Below the pieces are notes generated by a model. It was not told where the DNA came from. It was given only the letters and a program-made list of their open reading frames with translations, and did no database searches. DNA of 64,000 bases from Ostreococcus lucimarinus (taxonomy: Eukaryota): the NCBI GenBank assembly GCA_000092065.1, contig CP000587.1; one strand, written 5' to 3'. Below are positions 9,378 through 19,591 of the stretch, piece by piece (the first letter of the stretch is position 1; every line of letters starts with the position of its first letter). The translations under genes were made by a program, and so were the position numbers.

Positions 9378-10907
9378 ATGGCGACGGCGTCGACGACGCG
9401 GACGCGCGCGACGCGGCGCGCGCCCTGGACGACGACGCTCGCGTGCGTCGCGGTCGCGGTCGCGCGCGCGGCGCGCGCGCGAGCGGCGACGGGACGATCG
9501 CTGGCGATCGCGATGCGACGGCGGACGACGACCGCGACGGCGGGACGGCGACTGTCGCGGGCGGACGCGATCGAGATTCGGTCGTACGGCGCGCGCCTGG
9601 GGAATGGATACGGCTCCGGGCACGAGTTTTCGCTGACGGTGACGCTGCCGGGCGCGCAAAGTTTTGACCTCATCGTCGACACCGGGTCGCCGCTCACGTA
9701 TTTTCCGTGCGTCGGGTGCGACGCGGAGTTGTGCGGGTATCACGAGCATCAATACTACGATTGGCGGTTGTCGAACGATTTTCGGCTGTTGAACGCGTCG
9801 ATGAACGCCGCGGATGCCGCGTTTTGCGACGCGATGCCCGTCGCGCACAACGTCAGCGCCGACGGCGAGTGTTTATTCGGGCTGGGGTACCTGGACGGTG
9901 CGCGAGGAGGCGGGTCCATGATCGAAGATGTGGTCAGCGTCGGGGATGAATTGTCCCCGGCCAAGATGATTTTCGGGTGCGGTGGTGTCGTAGAAGCTGA
10001 TGGGGGGTTTGATCGACAAGACGGCATGGCTGGTTTCAGTCGAGGTAACACCGCGTTTCACACGCAGTTGGCGAAAGCCGGAGTTATCAACGCGCACGTT
10101 TTTGGATTCTGTTCAGAGGGAAGCGGCACGGATACGGCGATGTTATCGCTCGGTCGGTATGATTTCGGTCGAGATCTTGCGCCTCTATCGTATACACGGA
10201 TACTTGGGGCTGATGATCTCGCCGTTCGCACGATGTCGTGGAAACTCGGCGAAGCCATCATCGCGAGCTCGTCGAACGTCTACACCGTTCTTGATAGCGG
10301 CACCACGCTTGTTCTTCTACCCCCCGCTATGCGAGATGATTTTATCACAAAGTTAGTGGCACAAATGGCGGCTACCCATCCAGAACTTGAACTTTTTGAC
10401 GACGAAGATTTGGGGCAAATGTGTTTCTCCTCTGCCACGCCGGTGCTGACGGCGAAGCTTCGCGACGAGTGGTTTCCAAAACTAGCCATCACGTACGACC
10501 CAGATATCACGTTGATCCTTCCATCAGAGAACTACTTGAACAGTCATTTATACATACCACACACTTACTGCTTGGGAATCGACGAATCAGATGACGGGAC
10601 GATTTTACTCGGCCAACAAGCGCTGAGAAACACGTTCATTGAATACGACCTTGAGAATGATCGCGTCGGTGTGGTCGTCGCGCAGTGCGAAAATCTCCGG
10701 AAGAAGTTCGCGCCTGATACTCCTCATAATCCATGGAGGTTTGTCGCCACCATTTTCATCTTGTTATTCACGGCATGCGTTGTTAGCGCGGTGTCGTTCT
10801 GTTTGTACGCCAAGTTTGGGGGGCAAAAGCCGTTCAAGTACCGAGTGTTCCAAGTCTCCGATATACTCGATGAAGAGATAGAGATGGGTAACGTAGTGGA
10901 CACGTAA
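9378..10907 (+). CDS. pepsin-like (A1 family) aspartic peptidase with signal peptide and C-terminal transmembrane anchor
   Basis: Track ORF 8622..10907, but its first 252 codons are Arg-rich artefact. The first plausible ATG is at 9378 (MATASTTRTRATRRAPWTTTLACVAVAVARAARA, signal-like). The two catalytic motifs are LIVDTGSPLTYF and TVLDSGTTLVLLP. A C-terminal hydrophobic segment FVATIFILLFTACVVSAVSFCLY precedes a short basic tail. Confidence 0.8.
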   Translation: MATASTTRTRATRRAPWTTTLACVAVAVARAARARAATGRSLAIAMRRRTTTATAGRRLSRADAIEIRSYGARLGNGYGSGHEFSLTVTLPGAQSFDLIVDTGSPLTYFPCVGCDAELCGYHEHQYYDWRLSNDFRLLNASMNAADAAFCDAMPVAHNVSADGECLFGLGYLDGARGGGSMIEDVVSVGDELSPAKMIFGCGGVVEADGGFDRQDGMAGFSRGNTAFHTQLAKAGVINAHVFGFCSEGSGTDTAMLSLGRYDFGRDLAPLSYTRILGADDLAVRTMSWKLGEAIIASSSNVYTVLDSGTTLVLLPPAMRDDFITKLVAQMAATHPELELFDDEDLGQMCFSSATPVLTAKLRDEWFPKLAITYDPDITLILPSENYLNSHLYIPHTYCLGIDESDDGTILLGQQALRNTFIEYDLENDRVGVVVAQCENLRKKFAPDTPHNPWRFVATIFILLFTACVVSAVSFCLYAKFGGQKPFKYRVFQVSDILDEEIEMGNVVDT

Positions 10908-11062
10908 TATGTCACTTTAGTTAGCGCATACTTACCGCAGTAATAATGAACCGCCGCGTTCTCTCGAAAGCTATTCATCGCCTCTAGTCTCGAGAACTGA
11001 TCACGACAGAACGCGAGCGTAGCTAGGATGAATAGAAATTTATTACACGCGGTGACGTTGGT

Positions 11063-14029
11063 TTACTTTGGCGATAAAGCGGCGGTGACTGTGGTGAGAG
11101 CTTCGTCTAAGGCGGCGTCGAGTTGCGTGGCGTCGCGACCGCCGGCTTGGGCAAATCCCGGTTTCCCACCGCCGCCGCCGCCGCACTTCTTCGCCGCGGC
11201 GCCAAGGACTTGACCGGCTTTAAGACCGCCATCCTTTTGAACTTTGTCGTCAAACAGGGCGACGAGACCGACATTTGCACCATTTGCACTGCCGAGCACG
11301 ATGGCGGCGCCGTCACCGAGCTGCGCCGCGAGGTTTTCGGCGGCGACTTTGAGCGCGGCGGGATCGACGCCGTCGAGACGCGCCACGAGCACCTTCGCCT
11401 CGCCAACTTCGCGAGCTTGAGACACCAAAGCACCAGCCTTGGCGACGGCTAATTCCCCTCTCAGAGACTCTGCGAGCTTCTGCGTCGCGCGCAAGTCTTC
11501 TTGCAAACTCGACACGCGACCCGTGATTTCCTCCGGCGGCACGCGCAATGCGCTGGCGAGCTGCTTCACCACGGCGTCGCGTTGCTGCAAAAGCTCAACC
11601 ACGCCCGCACCCGCGACAGCTTCGATGCGTCGGATGCCGCTCGCGATGCCAGCTTCGCTCAATATTTTGAAGCCTCCGATTTCAGCTGTGTTAGACACGT
11701 GCGTGCCACCGCAAAGTTCCATGGAGATGCCCGGCACGTCGACGACGCGCACGACGTCACCGTACTTTTCGCCAAACATCATCGTCGCTCCTTTGTCCTT
11801 TGCGGCGGCGATGGGCATCTCTTCCGCGGTCAAAGCCGCGCTTTGCGAAATCCATCCGTTAACTAAGTTTTCGACCTCCAAAAGTTGAGCCTCGGTCGGC
11901 GCCTTGGGAGAATTGAAATCAAATCGAAGGCGGTCGAAACCGCACAGCGAACCGGCTTGGGAGACGTCTTCTCCGAGAACCTTCTTGAGCGCGGATTGAA
12001 GCAAGTGCGTGGCGGTGTGATTGCTCTTCGCGCGTCGGCGAGAGTTTTCGTCCACGTTCGCGGTTACCTGGCTGCCCTTCTTGATCGAGCCCTTCGTCAC
12101 GGTGGCCGTGTGTACGATGATGCGACCGCCGCCGGCCTTTTGCACATCCGACACCTCCAGCGTCGCGCCGTCGGCGGTGTGAAGCACGCCGTTATCACCC
12201 ACTTGACCACCACTTTCGGCGTAGAACGGCGTGACATCTAAGACTATATCCACTTTGGCACCCTCCGGCGCTTCCTCCACGGATTCTCCCCCGCAAACGA
12301 TGGCCAACACGTTGGAAACATCGCTCGACGTGCTTTCATACCCAATGAAGGTGCTCTTCGCCCCGAGCTCATCCGCGACTCGCGCCAACGCATTCCCAGC
12401 GGTGACGTCTACAGTTTGATGTGCGGCTTGACTCATCGAACGCTGCTCGGCCATCGCACTCTCAAAACCTTCCAAGTCCACCGTGATACCAGCTTCAGTG
12501 GCGACATCCGCGGTGATGTCAAGCGGGAAGCCATACGTATCGTACAGCGTAAAGGCATCCTTGCCGCTCAACCCCGTCTTTGTCTTCTTCGCCGTCTCGA
12601 TGAGCTCAGCGAGCATCTCTTCGCCACGACCGAGTGTCTTCTGGAAGCTCAATTCCTCGCGCTCGAGCTCGGCGAGAATGCGCGCCGAGTTCTTAGCGAC
12701 TTGCGGATCGCAACCTTCCGACATGGAAATCGCGACTTCGGCGATGGCCGGCGTGAACGCGCTCGCCCCTTCTTCGGGCTTGATCCCGAGCAAACGCCCG
12801 TTTCGCACAACTCGGCGAAGCAATCGTCTAACGATGTACCCACGCCCGATATTCGAGGCGAAAACGCCGTCGGAAATCATGTAACTCACCGCTCGCGTGT
12901 GGTCGCCGATGACTTTGAGCTGCTGCTTTTGCACGTCGTTGCACGCGTTGTAATCGATCCCAGCCATCGACGCCGCTTTATTAATGATGGGCATTATCAA
13001 ATCTGTTTCGTAATTGTTCGGCACGCCTTGAAGAATCTGCGCCATGCGCTCGAGACCCATGCCGGTGTCGATATTCTTATTCTTCAACGGCGTCACGCCG
13101 CCGTCGGCGTCGCGATTGAGTTCCATGAAGACCAAGTTGTAAAACTCGATGAATCGTGAATCATCATCCAAATCCGCACCCTCGAGCCCACGTTCTGGGT
13201 AAAAATCGTAGTACAGCTCCGAGCACGGCCCACACGGGCCCGTGGGACCGGCGGCCCAAAAGTTATCCTTCTCGTCCATGCGCTTAATGCGAGACTCGGG
13301 AACGCCCACGACGTCGCGCCAAATCGCAAACGCCTCGTCATCCTCGCGAAACACGCTCACCCAAACCCGCTCGGGGTTCAACCCAAACTCCCCAGTCGCC
13401 AACTCCCACGCCCACTGGCACGCGTCCTTCTTAAAATAATCCCCGAAACTGAAATTCCCCAACATTTCAAAAAACGTATGATGCCTCGCCGTGACGCCGA
13501 CGTTTTCAATGTCATTCGTCCGCACGCACTTTTGCGTCGTCGTCGCCCTCTCGTGCGCGCGCTCCCGCTGTCCCATGAACACCGGTTTGAATTGCAACAT
13601 TCCCGCAATCGTGAGCAACACCGTGGGATCCTCCGGGACTAACGAACTCGACGGCAGCACCGCGTGTCCGCGCGTCTCGTAAAATTTCAGAAACCTCTGT
13701 CGAATCGCCGCGCCGGAGTTATCCTTCCCTCGCGCGTTCGGGTTCGCGTTCGTCAACCGTTCGCGCTCGGTCGCCGCGCTCATGACGCGCACGGCGATCC
13801 CGCGTCCGTTGGCGCGTTGCGAGCGCGCGCGATGGATCGACGGCGACGCGACGGCGCTCGACGTCGTCGCGAACGCGGGTCGACCGAGCGTCATGGCGAC
13901 GAGGGATCGTCCGATGCGGCTCGGTGCGGCCGCGCCGAGGGACGCCGGGGGGGCGGAAGACGTCGCGCGAGTGCGGGTGACGCGCGTGATCGCCACCGCG
14001 GAGTCTCGGAGCAGGCCGAGACGCGTCAT
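11063..14029 (-). CDS. AARS: alanyl-tRNA synthetase (AlaRS) with organelle-type N-terminal presequence
   Basis: Class II AlaRS catalytic core (FLKFYETRGHAVLPSSSLVPEDPTVLLTIAGMLQFKP, FEMLGNFSFGDYFK), the editing domain (HTATHLLQSALKK ... CGGTHV) and the C-terminal DHHA1-like region are all present. The track start at 14305 is a GTG. The first ATG is at 14029 (MTRLGLLRDSAVAITRVTRTRATSSAPPASLGAAAPSRIGRS..., transit-peptide-like). Confidence 0.9.
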   Translation of the reverse strand: MTRLGLLRDSAVAITRVTRTRATSSAPPASLGAAAPSRIGRSLVAMTLGRPAFATTSSAVASPSIHRARSQRANGRGIAVRVMSAATERERLTNANPNARGKDNSGAAIRQRFLKFYETRGHAVLPSSSLVPEDPTVLLTIAGMLQFKPVFMGQRERAHERATTTQKCVRTNDIENVGVTARHHTFFEMLGNFSFGDYFKKDACQWAWELATGEFGLNPERVWVSVFREDDEAFAIWRDVVGVPESRIKRMDEKDNFWAAGPTGPCGPCSELYYDFYPERGLEGADLDDDSRFIEFYNLVFMELNRDADGGVTPLKNKNIDTGMGLERMAQILQGVPNNYETDLIMPIINKAASMAGIDYNACNDVQKQQLKVIGDHTRAVSYMISDGVFASNIGRGYIVRRLLRRVVRNGRLLGIKPEEGASAFTPAIAEVAISMSEGCDPQVAKNSARILAELEREELSFQKTLGRGEEMLAELIETAKKTKTGLSGKDAFTLYDTYGFPLDITADVATEAGITVDLEGFESAMAEQRSMSQAAHQTVDVTAGNALARVADELGAKSTFIGYESTSSDVSNVLAIVCGGESVEEAPEGAKVDIVLDVTPFYAESGGQVGDNGVLHTADGATLEVSDVQKAGGGRIIVHTATVTKGSIKKGSQVTANVDENSRRRAKSNHTATHLLQSALKKVLGEDVSQAGSLCGFDRLRFDFNSPKAPTEAQLLEVENLVNGWISQSAALTAEEMPIAAAKDKGATMMFGEKYGDVVRVVDVPGISMELCGGTHVSNTAEIGGFKILSEAGIASGIRRIEAVAGAGVVELLQQRDAVVKQLASALRVPPEEITGRVSSLQEDLRATQKLAESLRGELAVAKAGALVSQAREVGEAKVLVARLDGVDPAALKVAAENLAAQLGDGAAIVLGSANGANVGLVALFDDKVQKDGGLKAGQVLGAAAKKCGGGGGGKPGFAQAGGRDATQLDAALDEALTTVTAALSPK

Positions 14030-14136
14030 GGTGTGCGAACGCGCGCGATGACGTGTGCGCTTTATGCGAAGGTTTTGGGACGAGGGACGACGCTCGTCGC
14101 GATTGGTCGACGTGAAATCGATTGCAATACGGCTAG

Positions 14137-15435
14137 TTAATCTGAGAAGTGCGCGATGATGAGCTGTTTTAAAGTCTTCATTCTCTCCACGATCGCGGGA
14201 CTCATCATCGCCGCCGCGTCGCCGCGTAAATTCTTCTTGCCGGCGCTCTGGTGGAAATTCTCCACGATGACGTCGATGAGCTTGAGCAGGGCGGCGGGCT
14301 CGCACCAGAGTAAATCGGTGTTCGAGCCGATTTCCTCGAGCTCGGGACCGGGAGTGAAGGCTTCTTCTAACGCATTTCTTTGATCCTGGGGATCCTCTAA
14401 GGATAGAATGTACTTTAAGATGCGGACTTCCTTCGGTTGCTGGCGAGACGTCGTGTCCTTCATCTTGAAGTACAGGTGCGCCATGACGTCTTTGACTTCC
14501 TCGCTCGTGTACGGGCTCTCCTTCACGCTCATGTGTGCCTTAGAAGCGGTGAGGATTAAGGCGGGCGAAATTTGATTCGCCATCGCCAACTCATCGATTT
14601 TCGCATCCATGGCATCTAAAGAATCACACTGTAAAATATCTTGCAGCGTCTGCGTCGCCTCTTCGATCACCGCTTGGTCCTTCGAAGCCTCATCGTAGGC
14701 CTCACACAAACTCAGCAACAGCGCCGCATCCTTCGCCATCGACTCTTTCGCGTTGTCATCTTCACCTTGCGCCACGGCTTCCAGCTTAAACGTCAAATAC
14801 GTAAAGAATTCTGGCGAAAACTCCGCGCGTCTCGTCGCCACGAACCCTTCCCACATGTCCACCTCCTTCGCCCGCACTTCTTCTAACAGCGCGTGATACC
14901 CATCGACGCGCTCATCCAGCGCCATGAGTTTCCTTCGCAATTTACTCAATCGCATCTCATCGTCCGGATCCTCGCACTGCTGTGCGCGCGTTTTCACGCG
15001 TTCGAACAACCCGTCCCGAAGCTCGCGCCACTTGCCCGAAAACGCCAAGAGCCCAATCCAATCCTTCTCCTCTCTCTTATCGAACACGTCCGTGAGTTTG
15101 TCGTACATCGCGGGCGAGCGGTCGATGATTTGCTCGTTTTCGCCGTAGTATCGCTCGGGCTTGGCGCGAGGCGCGCGAGGCGTCGCGCGGCGACCGCGGT
15201 GAAGCGGCGGCGGCGGTCGGCGCGTCGTGGACGAAGACGTCGACTGCGGCGCGAGAGAGGCGCGCGCATCGCGCGTGAGCGAGGTGGACATCGCGCGCAT
15301 GGAGCGCGCGCGCGTGTAGGGGCGTGCGCGGGCGCGGTGGGCGTCTGCGACGCGCGGTGATGTGACGTCCCGAGGCGCGCGGGCGCTCGAGCGCGCCGGT
15401 TCGACGAATGTCCGTCGAGCGCGTGGAAAAGTCAT
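14137..15435 (-). CDS. conserved hypothetical protein, possibly plastid-targeted (S/T/R-rich N-terminus)
   Basis: Track ORF 14137..15453 begins at TTG. The first ATG is at 15435 (MTFPRARRTF...); alternative ATGs at about 15300 (MRAMSTSLTRD) and 15291. The body is non-repetitive and helical (YYGENEQIIDRSPAMYDKLTDVFDKREEKDWIGLLAFSGKWRELRDGLFERV...). No domain recognised. Confidence 0.55.
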   Translation of the reverse strand: MTFPRARRTFVEPARSSARAPRDVTSPRVADAHRARARPYTRARSMRAMSTSLTRDARASLAPQSTSSSTTRRPPPPLHRGRRATPRAPRAKPERYYGENEQIIDRSPAMYDKLTDVFDKREEKDWIGLLAFSGKWRELRDGLFERVKTRAQQCEDPDDEMRLSKLRRKLMALDERVDGYHALLEEVRAKEVDMWEGFVATRRAEFSPEFFTYLTFKLEAVAQGEDDNAKESMAKDAALLLSLCEAYDEASKDQAVIEEATQTLQDILQCDSLDAMDAKIDELAMANQISPALILTASKAHMSVKESPYTSEEVKDVMAHLYFKMKDTTSRQQPKEVRILKYILSLEDPQDQRNALEEAFTPGPELEEIGSNTDLLWCEPAALLKLIDVIVENFHQSAGKKNLRGDAAAMMSPAIVERMKTLKQLIIAHFSD

Positions 15436-15468
15436 CGAAGATATCGCTATCAAATCACAAGAATCGAA

Positions 15469-16287
15469 TCATAAATAATGCGCGCGATTACCCGAGCGCT
15501 GCTCGGCCGCGCGCCGCGCGGCGTACCTGGCGCCGACGGAATTTTTCCGATGATGCCACTGGAGCGCGAGAGGCAGCGCGCGCGTGAACAAAACGTAAAT
15601 CAAACCCACGCCGCCTCCTGCGAGCATGGCGACGCGTCCCGCATCTATTTTCGAACCTTTGGAAGCTTTACGCGATTTCTTGCCGCGCTTCTTCGACGGT
15701 TTCGACGTTTTCGCCTTGTCGGCCGATCCGCTTCGCCGCGCCGCGCGTTCGCTCGACTTGGCCGCCGCACCATCGAAACACCATCGCTCGCCCGGGGCGA
15801 CGTAATCCCATCCCGCGGCTTCACACATCTCTTTTCCCTTATCCCTCACGTCCCCGATCCACTCCGACAGTTTGGTGCAGATCGTATCGCTCGGTCGACA
15901 CGGCACCAACCGCCGCGACCCGTCCTCCGCGAAGAACTCATCCGCGCACGCCCTGTACACCCCATCGCACGCCGCCGCGCACACCGGCACGCCTTCGCTC
16001 ACCCCTACTCTCGCATCGCACACGCTGCACTCCAGCGCGCCCCACGCGTCTCGGCATCGCTCGCCGAACCCGTTCAGCTGCATGTGCACCGCGCGCACGC
16101 GCGCCGCGTCCGTCTGTTCCTTCCCGCAGCACGTCGACCCGCGATGGGCGTCGCAGAACGTCATCCCCGACCCCTTCGCGGGTTTTTGTCCGTGACGCGC
16201 GAACGGGGCGTGGCGCTCCTTGCTCGCGCACGTCGCGCCGTCCGCGGCGCTCGCGGTTTTCGCCGTCAGCATCACCAACGAAGCCAT
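15469..16287 (-). CDS. Cys-rich type-I membrane protein, tentatively folate-receptor-like domain
   Basis: Track ORF 15469..16446; the upstream 53 codons are Arg-rich. ATG at 16287 (MASLVMLTAKTASA, signal peptide). It has about 16 Cys with a CC doublet (TFCDAHRGSTCCGKEQ), and a C-terminal TM (VAMLAGGGVGLIYVLFTRALPLALQW). The folate-receptor assignment is a weak pattern match only. Confidence 0.4.
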   Translation of the reverse strand: MASLVMLTAKTASAADGATCASKERHAPFARHGQKPAKGSGMTFCDAHRGSTCCGKEQTDAARVRAVHMQLNGFGERCRDAWGALECSVCDARVGVSEGVPVCAAACDGVYRACADEFFAEDGSRRLVPCRPSDTICTKLSEWIGDVRDKGKEMCEAAGWDYVAPGERWCFDGAAAKSSERAARRSGSADKAKTSKPSKKRGKKSRKASKGSKIDAGRVAMLAGGGVGLIYVLFTRALPLALQWHHRKNSVGARYAARRAAEQRSGNRAHYL

Positions 16288-16607
16288 CGCGATCGCGACG
16301 CGCGCGCGCGGCGAGGCTCGACGCGCGCGCGAGGCGCGCATCGCGCGCGAGACGCGCGCGCGTCGACGCGCGCGCGCGCGAGACCGCGCGTCACGACGCG
16401 ACGCGCGCGCGGCGTCGGTGAGTGCGGTCGGACCGACGCGCGGCACACGAGCGCGCGCGCGCGAACGACGGCGTCGCGCGCGGTCGCGAGCGCGCGAACG
16501 CGCGGACGCGAACGCGCGCGAACGCGCGGCGGGCGCGAAGGGCGCGCGCGCGGTCGCGCGCGCGACGGGGAGACGCGAAGGGGGACGACGTCACGAAGGC
16601 GAGGAAG

Positions 16608-17378
16608 ATGCGCGCGGTCGACGCGCGCGCGGTGACGACGACGAAGGCGACGACGACGCGCGAGCGCGCGTCACGCGCGTCGCGCGCGTGGTCGACGCGA
16701 GGGAGGGCGACGAAACCGGCGCGGGACGAGAGAGGAGGGAGGCGAGGACGCGGCGGCGCGCTCGAGGCGGCGGCGGAACGCGCGGAGCGAAGCGAAAACG
16801 AAATCTTTAGCGTCGCTCGAGCGCCGGCGTGCGAACTGCTGTCGAATGAGAATGGGGCGTACACGGTGCGGGGGGAGATGACGCTGCGCGGCGTCGCGGC
16901 GTCGAGCGTGTATAATCTATTGACGGATTACGAGGCTTCGCCGCGGGCGTTTCGAGCGGTGCGGAGCGTGAGGGTGATCGAGTGCGAGGGTGATGCGTGC
17001 GTGGCGAGTAATATTTACATCGAGCAGGAGTGTGAATGGAAGTTTTTTGTTTTCGGAGGGGCGTTTCCGTGCGCGTTTGAGGTTGAGGAACGCGACGAAG
17101 AGATGAAGATGAAGTGTTCGCTCGCGCGGGGTCGGCGAGGCACGGGGTTTTTAAAACAGTTTGAGGGGTCGTGGTCGGTGGAGAATACGAGCGAAGGGGT
17201 GCTAATCGAACACACCCTGATGGTGAAGCCGAAACTGACCCCGCCGTACGCGAGTAAAATTTTTGTACAGCAAGTGGAGCAGATTCTCGAAGACGTGGTG
17301 AACGAAATCGAGACGTGGAACGGCGTCGTCTACGGCAAGCCTCCGCATCGCCAGGGCGTGGACGCCTCGATTATTTAA
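16608..17378 (+). CDS. SRPBCC (START/Bet v1-like, polyketide-cyclase-type) domain protein with transit-peptide-like N-terminus
   Basis: Track ORF 16422..17378. The first plausible ATG is at 16608 (MRAVDARAVTTTKATTTRERASRASRAWSTRGRATKPARD). The domain region is IFSVARAPACELLSNENGAYTVRGEMTLRGVAASSVYNLLTDYEASPRAF...FEGSWSVENTSEGVLIEHTLMVKPKL. Confidence 0.5.
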   Translation: MRAVDARAVTTTKATTTRERASRASRAWSTRGRATKPARDERGGRRGRGGALEAAAERAERSENEIFSVARAPACELLSNENGAYTVRGEMTLRGVAASSVYNLLTDYEASPRAFRAVRSVRVIECEGDACVASNIYIEQECEWKFFVFGGAFPCAFEVEERDEEMKMKCSLARGRRGTGFLKQFEGSWSVENTSEGVLIEHTLMVKPKLTPPYASKIFVQQVEQILEDVVNEIETWNGVVYGKPPHRQGVDASII

Positions 17379-17520
17379 TATTTAATATTCTTGAGTGTTT
17401 GTATCGTTAGTTTCGTCGTCATTGTTTGCTAGAACAATTTATATGTAATTTTTGAGTGCAGCTATACTCTGAGCATCTGGAGCTGGTGTCGTTTACAAGT
17501 ACAGTGCGCGGGGACGGAAT

Positions 17521-19497
17521 CTAAGCGGCGGACGTCAGCACTTCGCTCGCGAAGTACCGCACATCCGCATCGGGGTCGCTTTGAAGACCGACTAGAATAG
17601 GTCTGATTTCGCTCTGGAATTTTGCCACATCAATCGCCTTGATGAGCGGAGAGAGCGCCTTGGCGGCGTTGAAGCGCACGTTGGGCACGGTGTCCGTCGT
17701 AGCATGCTTGATGATTGGCAAGATTTCCCCAAGAATCACTTCTTCGCCGACCGCTGGGGCGAGAAGCGACACCGCTCGTAACACAGTCAAGCGATAGAGG
17801 TAGTGGTGTGACGACATGAGTTCCTTGATGCGTGGAAAAATGTATTCGAGCGCCCAGTCGGCTCCGAAAATCTCCGTCAAGCGGAACAAGTTATTCGCCG
17901 CAGCTTCGCGAATGGAATAAACTGAGTCTTGCAACCATTGCAGACAGAGCGAGTTTAGTAAATCATCACCGCTGTCTGATCCTTCGTCCTTTTGGAACAA
18001 GAAGGTCGTGCCGATCTGTTGCGCTAACACCGGAATGTATTCGATGATAGCTAATCGAACTCGCCAGTGCTTGTCTTCTGCTAATTCTTTGATCGCCGGA
18101 AGAAGCTCAGTAGAAAGCATCTCCACCCCGATTACCGTGTTCACTTGCTCGAGTTTGCTGATGATGTTCAGTCGCACATCCGGAAACTCATCCTTGAGCA
18201 AAATGAAAAACACCGGGAGCAGCTTTTCCACCGTCGTGTCTTTACCCATGGTTGGGGCCAAACCCAATACAGCCTCCGCAAGCGCGGCTCGCACGTGCTG
18301 AGACGAATCATTCGCCAGTTCGTGTACTTTCGGTAAGATCTTTTCCGCGGAGTACACCGCACCCGCGAGTGAGCAAAACTCTGAAATCTTACCGGCGGCG
18401 GAAATTCTAACTTCTCCCTCTGAGTCGCCGAGCAAGGCTACGTACGCGTCAAATAATCCCTTTGCCGCAACCTCTGCGCCTACTACGTCGCACATCTCAT
18501 ATATTTGCTGCGCCACCGCGTATCGAACGCGCCAACTCTTGTCGGCGGCGAGCTTGAGCACTATAGGGACGATCTTGTTCGCACAATCCGTCGCAGAGAG
18601 CAACTTGCCTAAAACCACGCAGTCCTCGACGACGAGCAACCGAACCGAATCTTGATCATCACTCGTGAGCGCCGCGAACATCGTCAGCAACTCGTTCACG
18701 ATGAAATCTCCCGAGCTCACTATGGCAATTTTTCCCAAGTTCTGCGCCGCCGCGCGTCGAACCATGGGCGTCTCGTCGGCGCACAAATCTCTAAACATCC
18801 CGGTCAACGTGTTACGCAACTCCAACTGCGACTCCTCCGAGCGTTCAAACGCGGTCGCGAACAACCCACACGCGCTCACTCGCGCCGTAAACCAATCACC
18901 TTGCGCTAATCTTTCGATCAAAGGCACAAAATATTTCCCAATCCCTCCCGGCGTCATCGCTCGACCCACCGCGCACGCCGTCTCCACCGCCTTGGCCCGC
19001 ACCACCGTCTCCTCTACCGTTATCAGCGTCTCCAACGGCGCCAGGATCACGTGCACGTGTTCCTCCCCGCCGACCGCATCGATCAACGTCGCCAATTCTC
19101 CCGCGATCGCCAGCAGGCACTCATCATCCTCGTCGTCCCGCTCCGCCAAAAACGGCACGAGTTCGCTCCGCGCCCGCTCCGCCCCCAGCGCCTTGGCGAT
19201 CGTCCCCAGCTTCGCGATCGACTTCAATCGCAGCTCCACGTCCTCGCTCTGCGTCGAGCGCGACGAAACGCGTCCTCACCATCGTCAGTCCTCGCGCGCT
19301 TGCCCCGCGCCGCATCGCCGCGTCACCGCGCCGCACTTTAAATCAAATCATCGCCTCGTCCCGATCGCGCGCGCGCCCTCGCGTTATCGCCGCCCGCGCT
19401 CGCGTTCGCGCACCTTGAGGTCATCGATCAGCGCCCCGACGGAGATGGCGTCGTCCTCTTCCGCGTGCGCGGTCGTGGACGGCGCGTCGTGCGACAT
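17521..19497 (-). CDS. PPP2R1: protein phosphatase 2A scaffold subunit A (PR65, HEAT repeats), two exons
   Basis: Track ORF 17521..19239 starts at GTG ([15 protein letters not shown]) and lacks the conserved PR65 N-terminus. Exon 1 is 19414..19497 (ATG 19497; [28 protein letters not shown]), followed by donor GTGCGC. The intron is 19249..19413 (165 nt), ending CAG. Exon 2 is 17521..19248. The splice junction gives ...[11 protein letters not shown]|[18 protein letters not shown], collinear with human [32 protein letters not shown]. Confidence 0.85.
19249..19413 (-). other. intron 1 of PP2A-A gene (GTGCGC...CAG)
   Basis: Inferred from restoration of the conserved PR65 N-terminus. There are stop codons in the CDS frame within the intron. 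Confidence 0.8.
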
Positions 19498-19591
19498 CGT
19501 GCGAGCGTCGCGCGTCGTCGTGTGCGTCGCGCGACCGCCGATCGGTCGATCGGCACTTCACCGCGCGCGCTCGCGGTCGTCGCGCCGCGCG

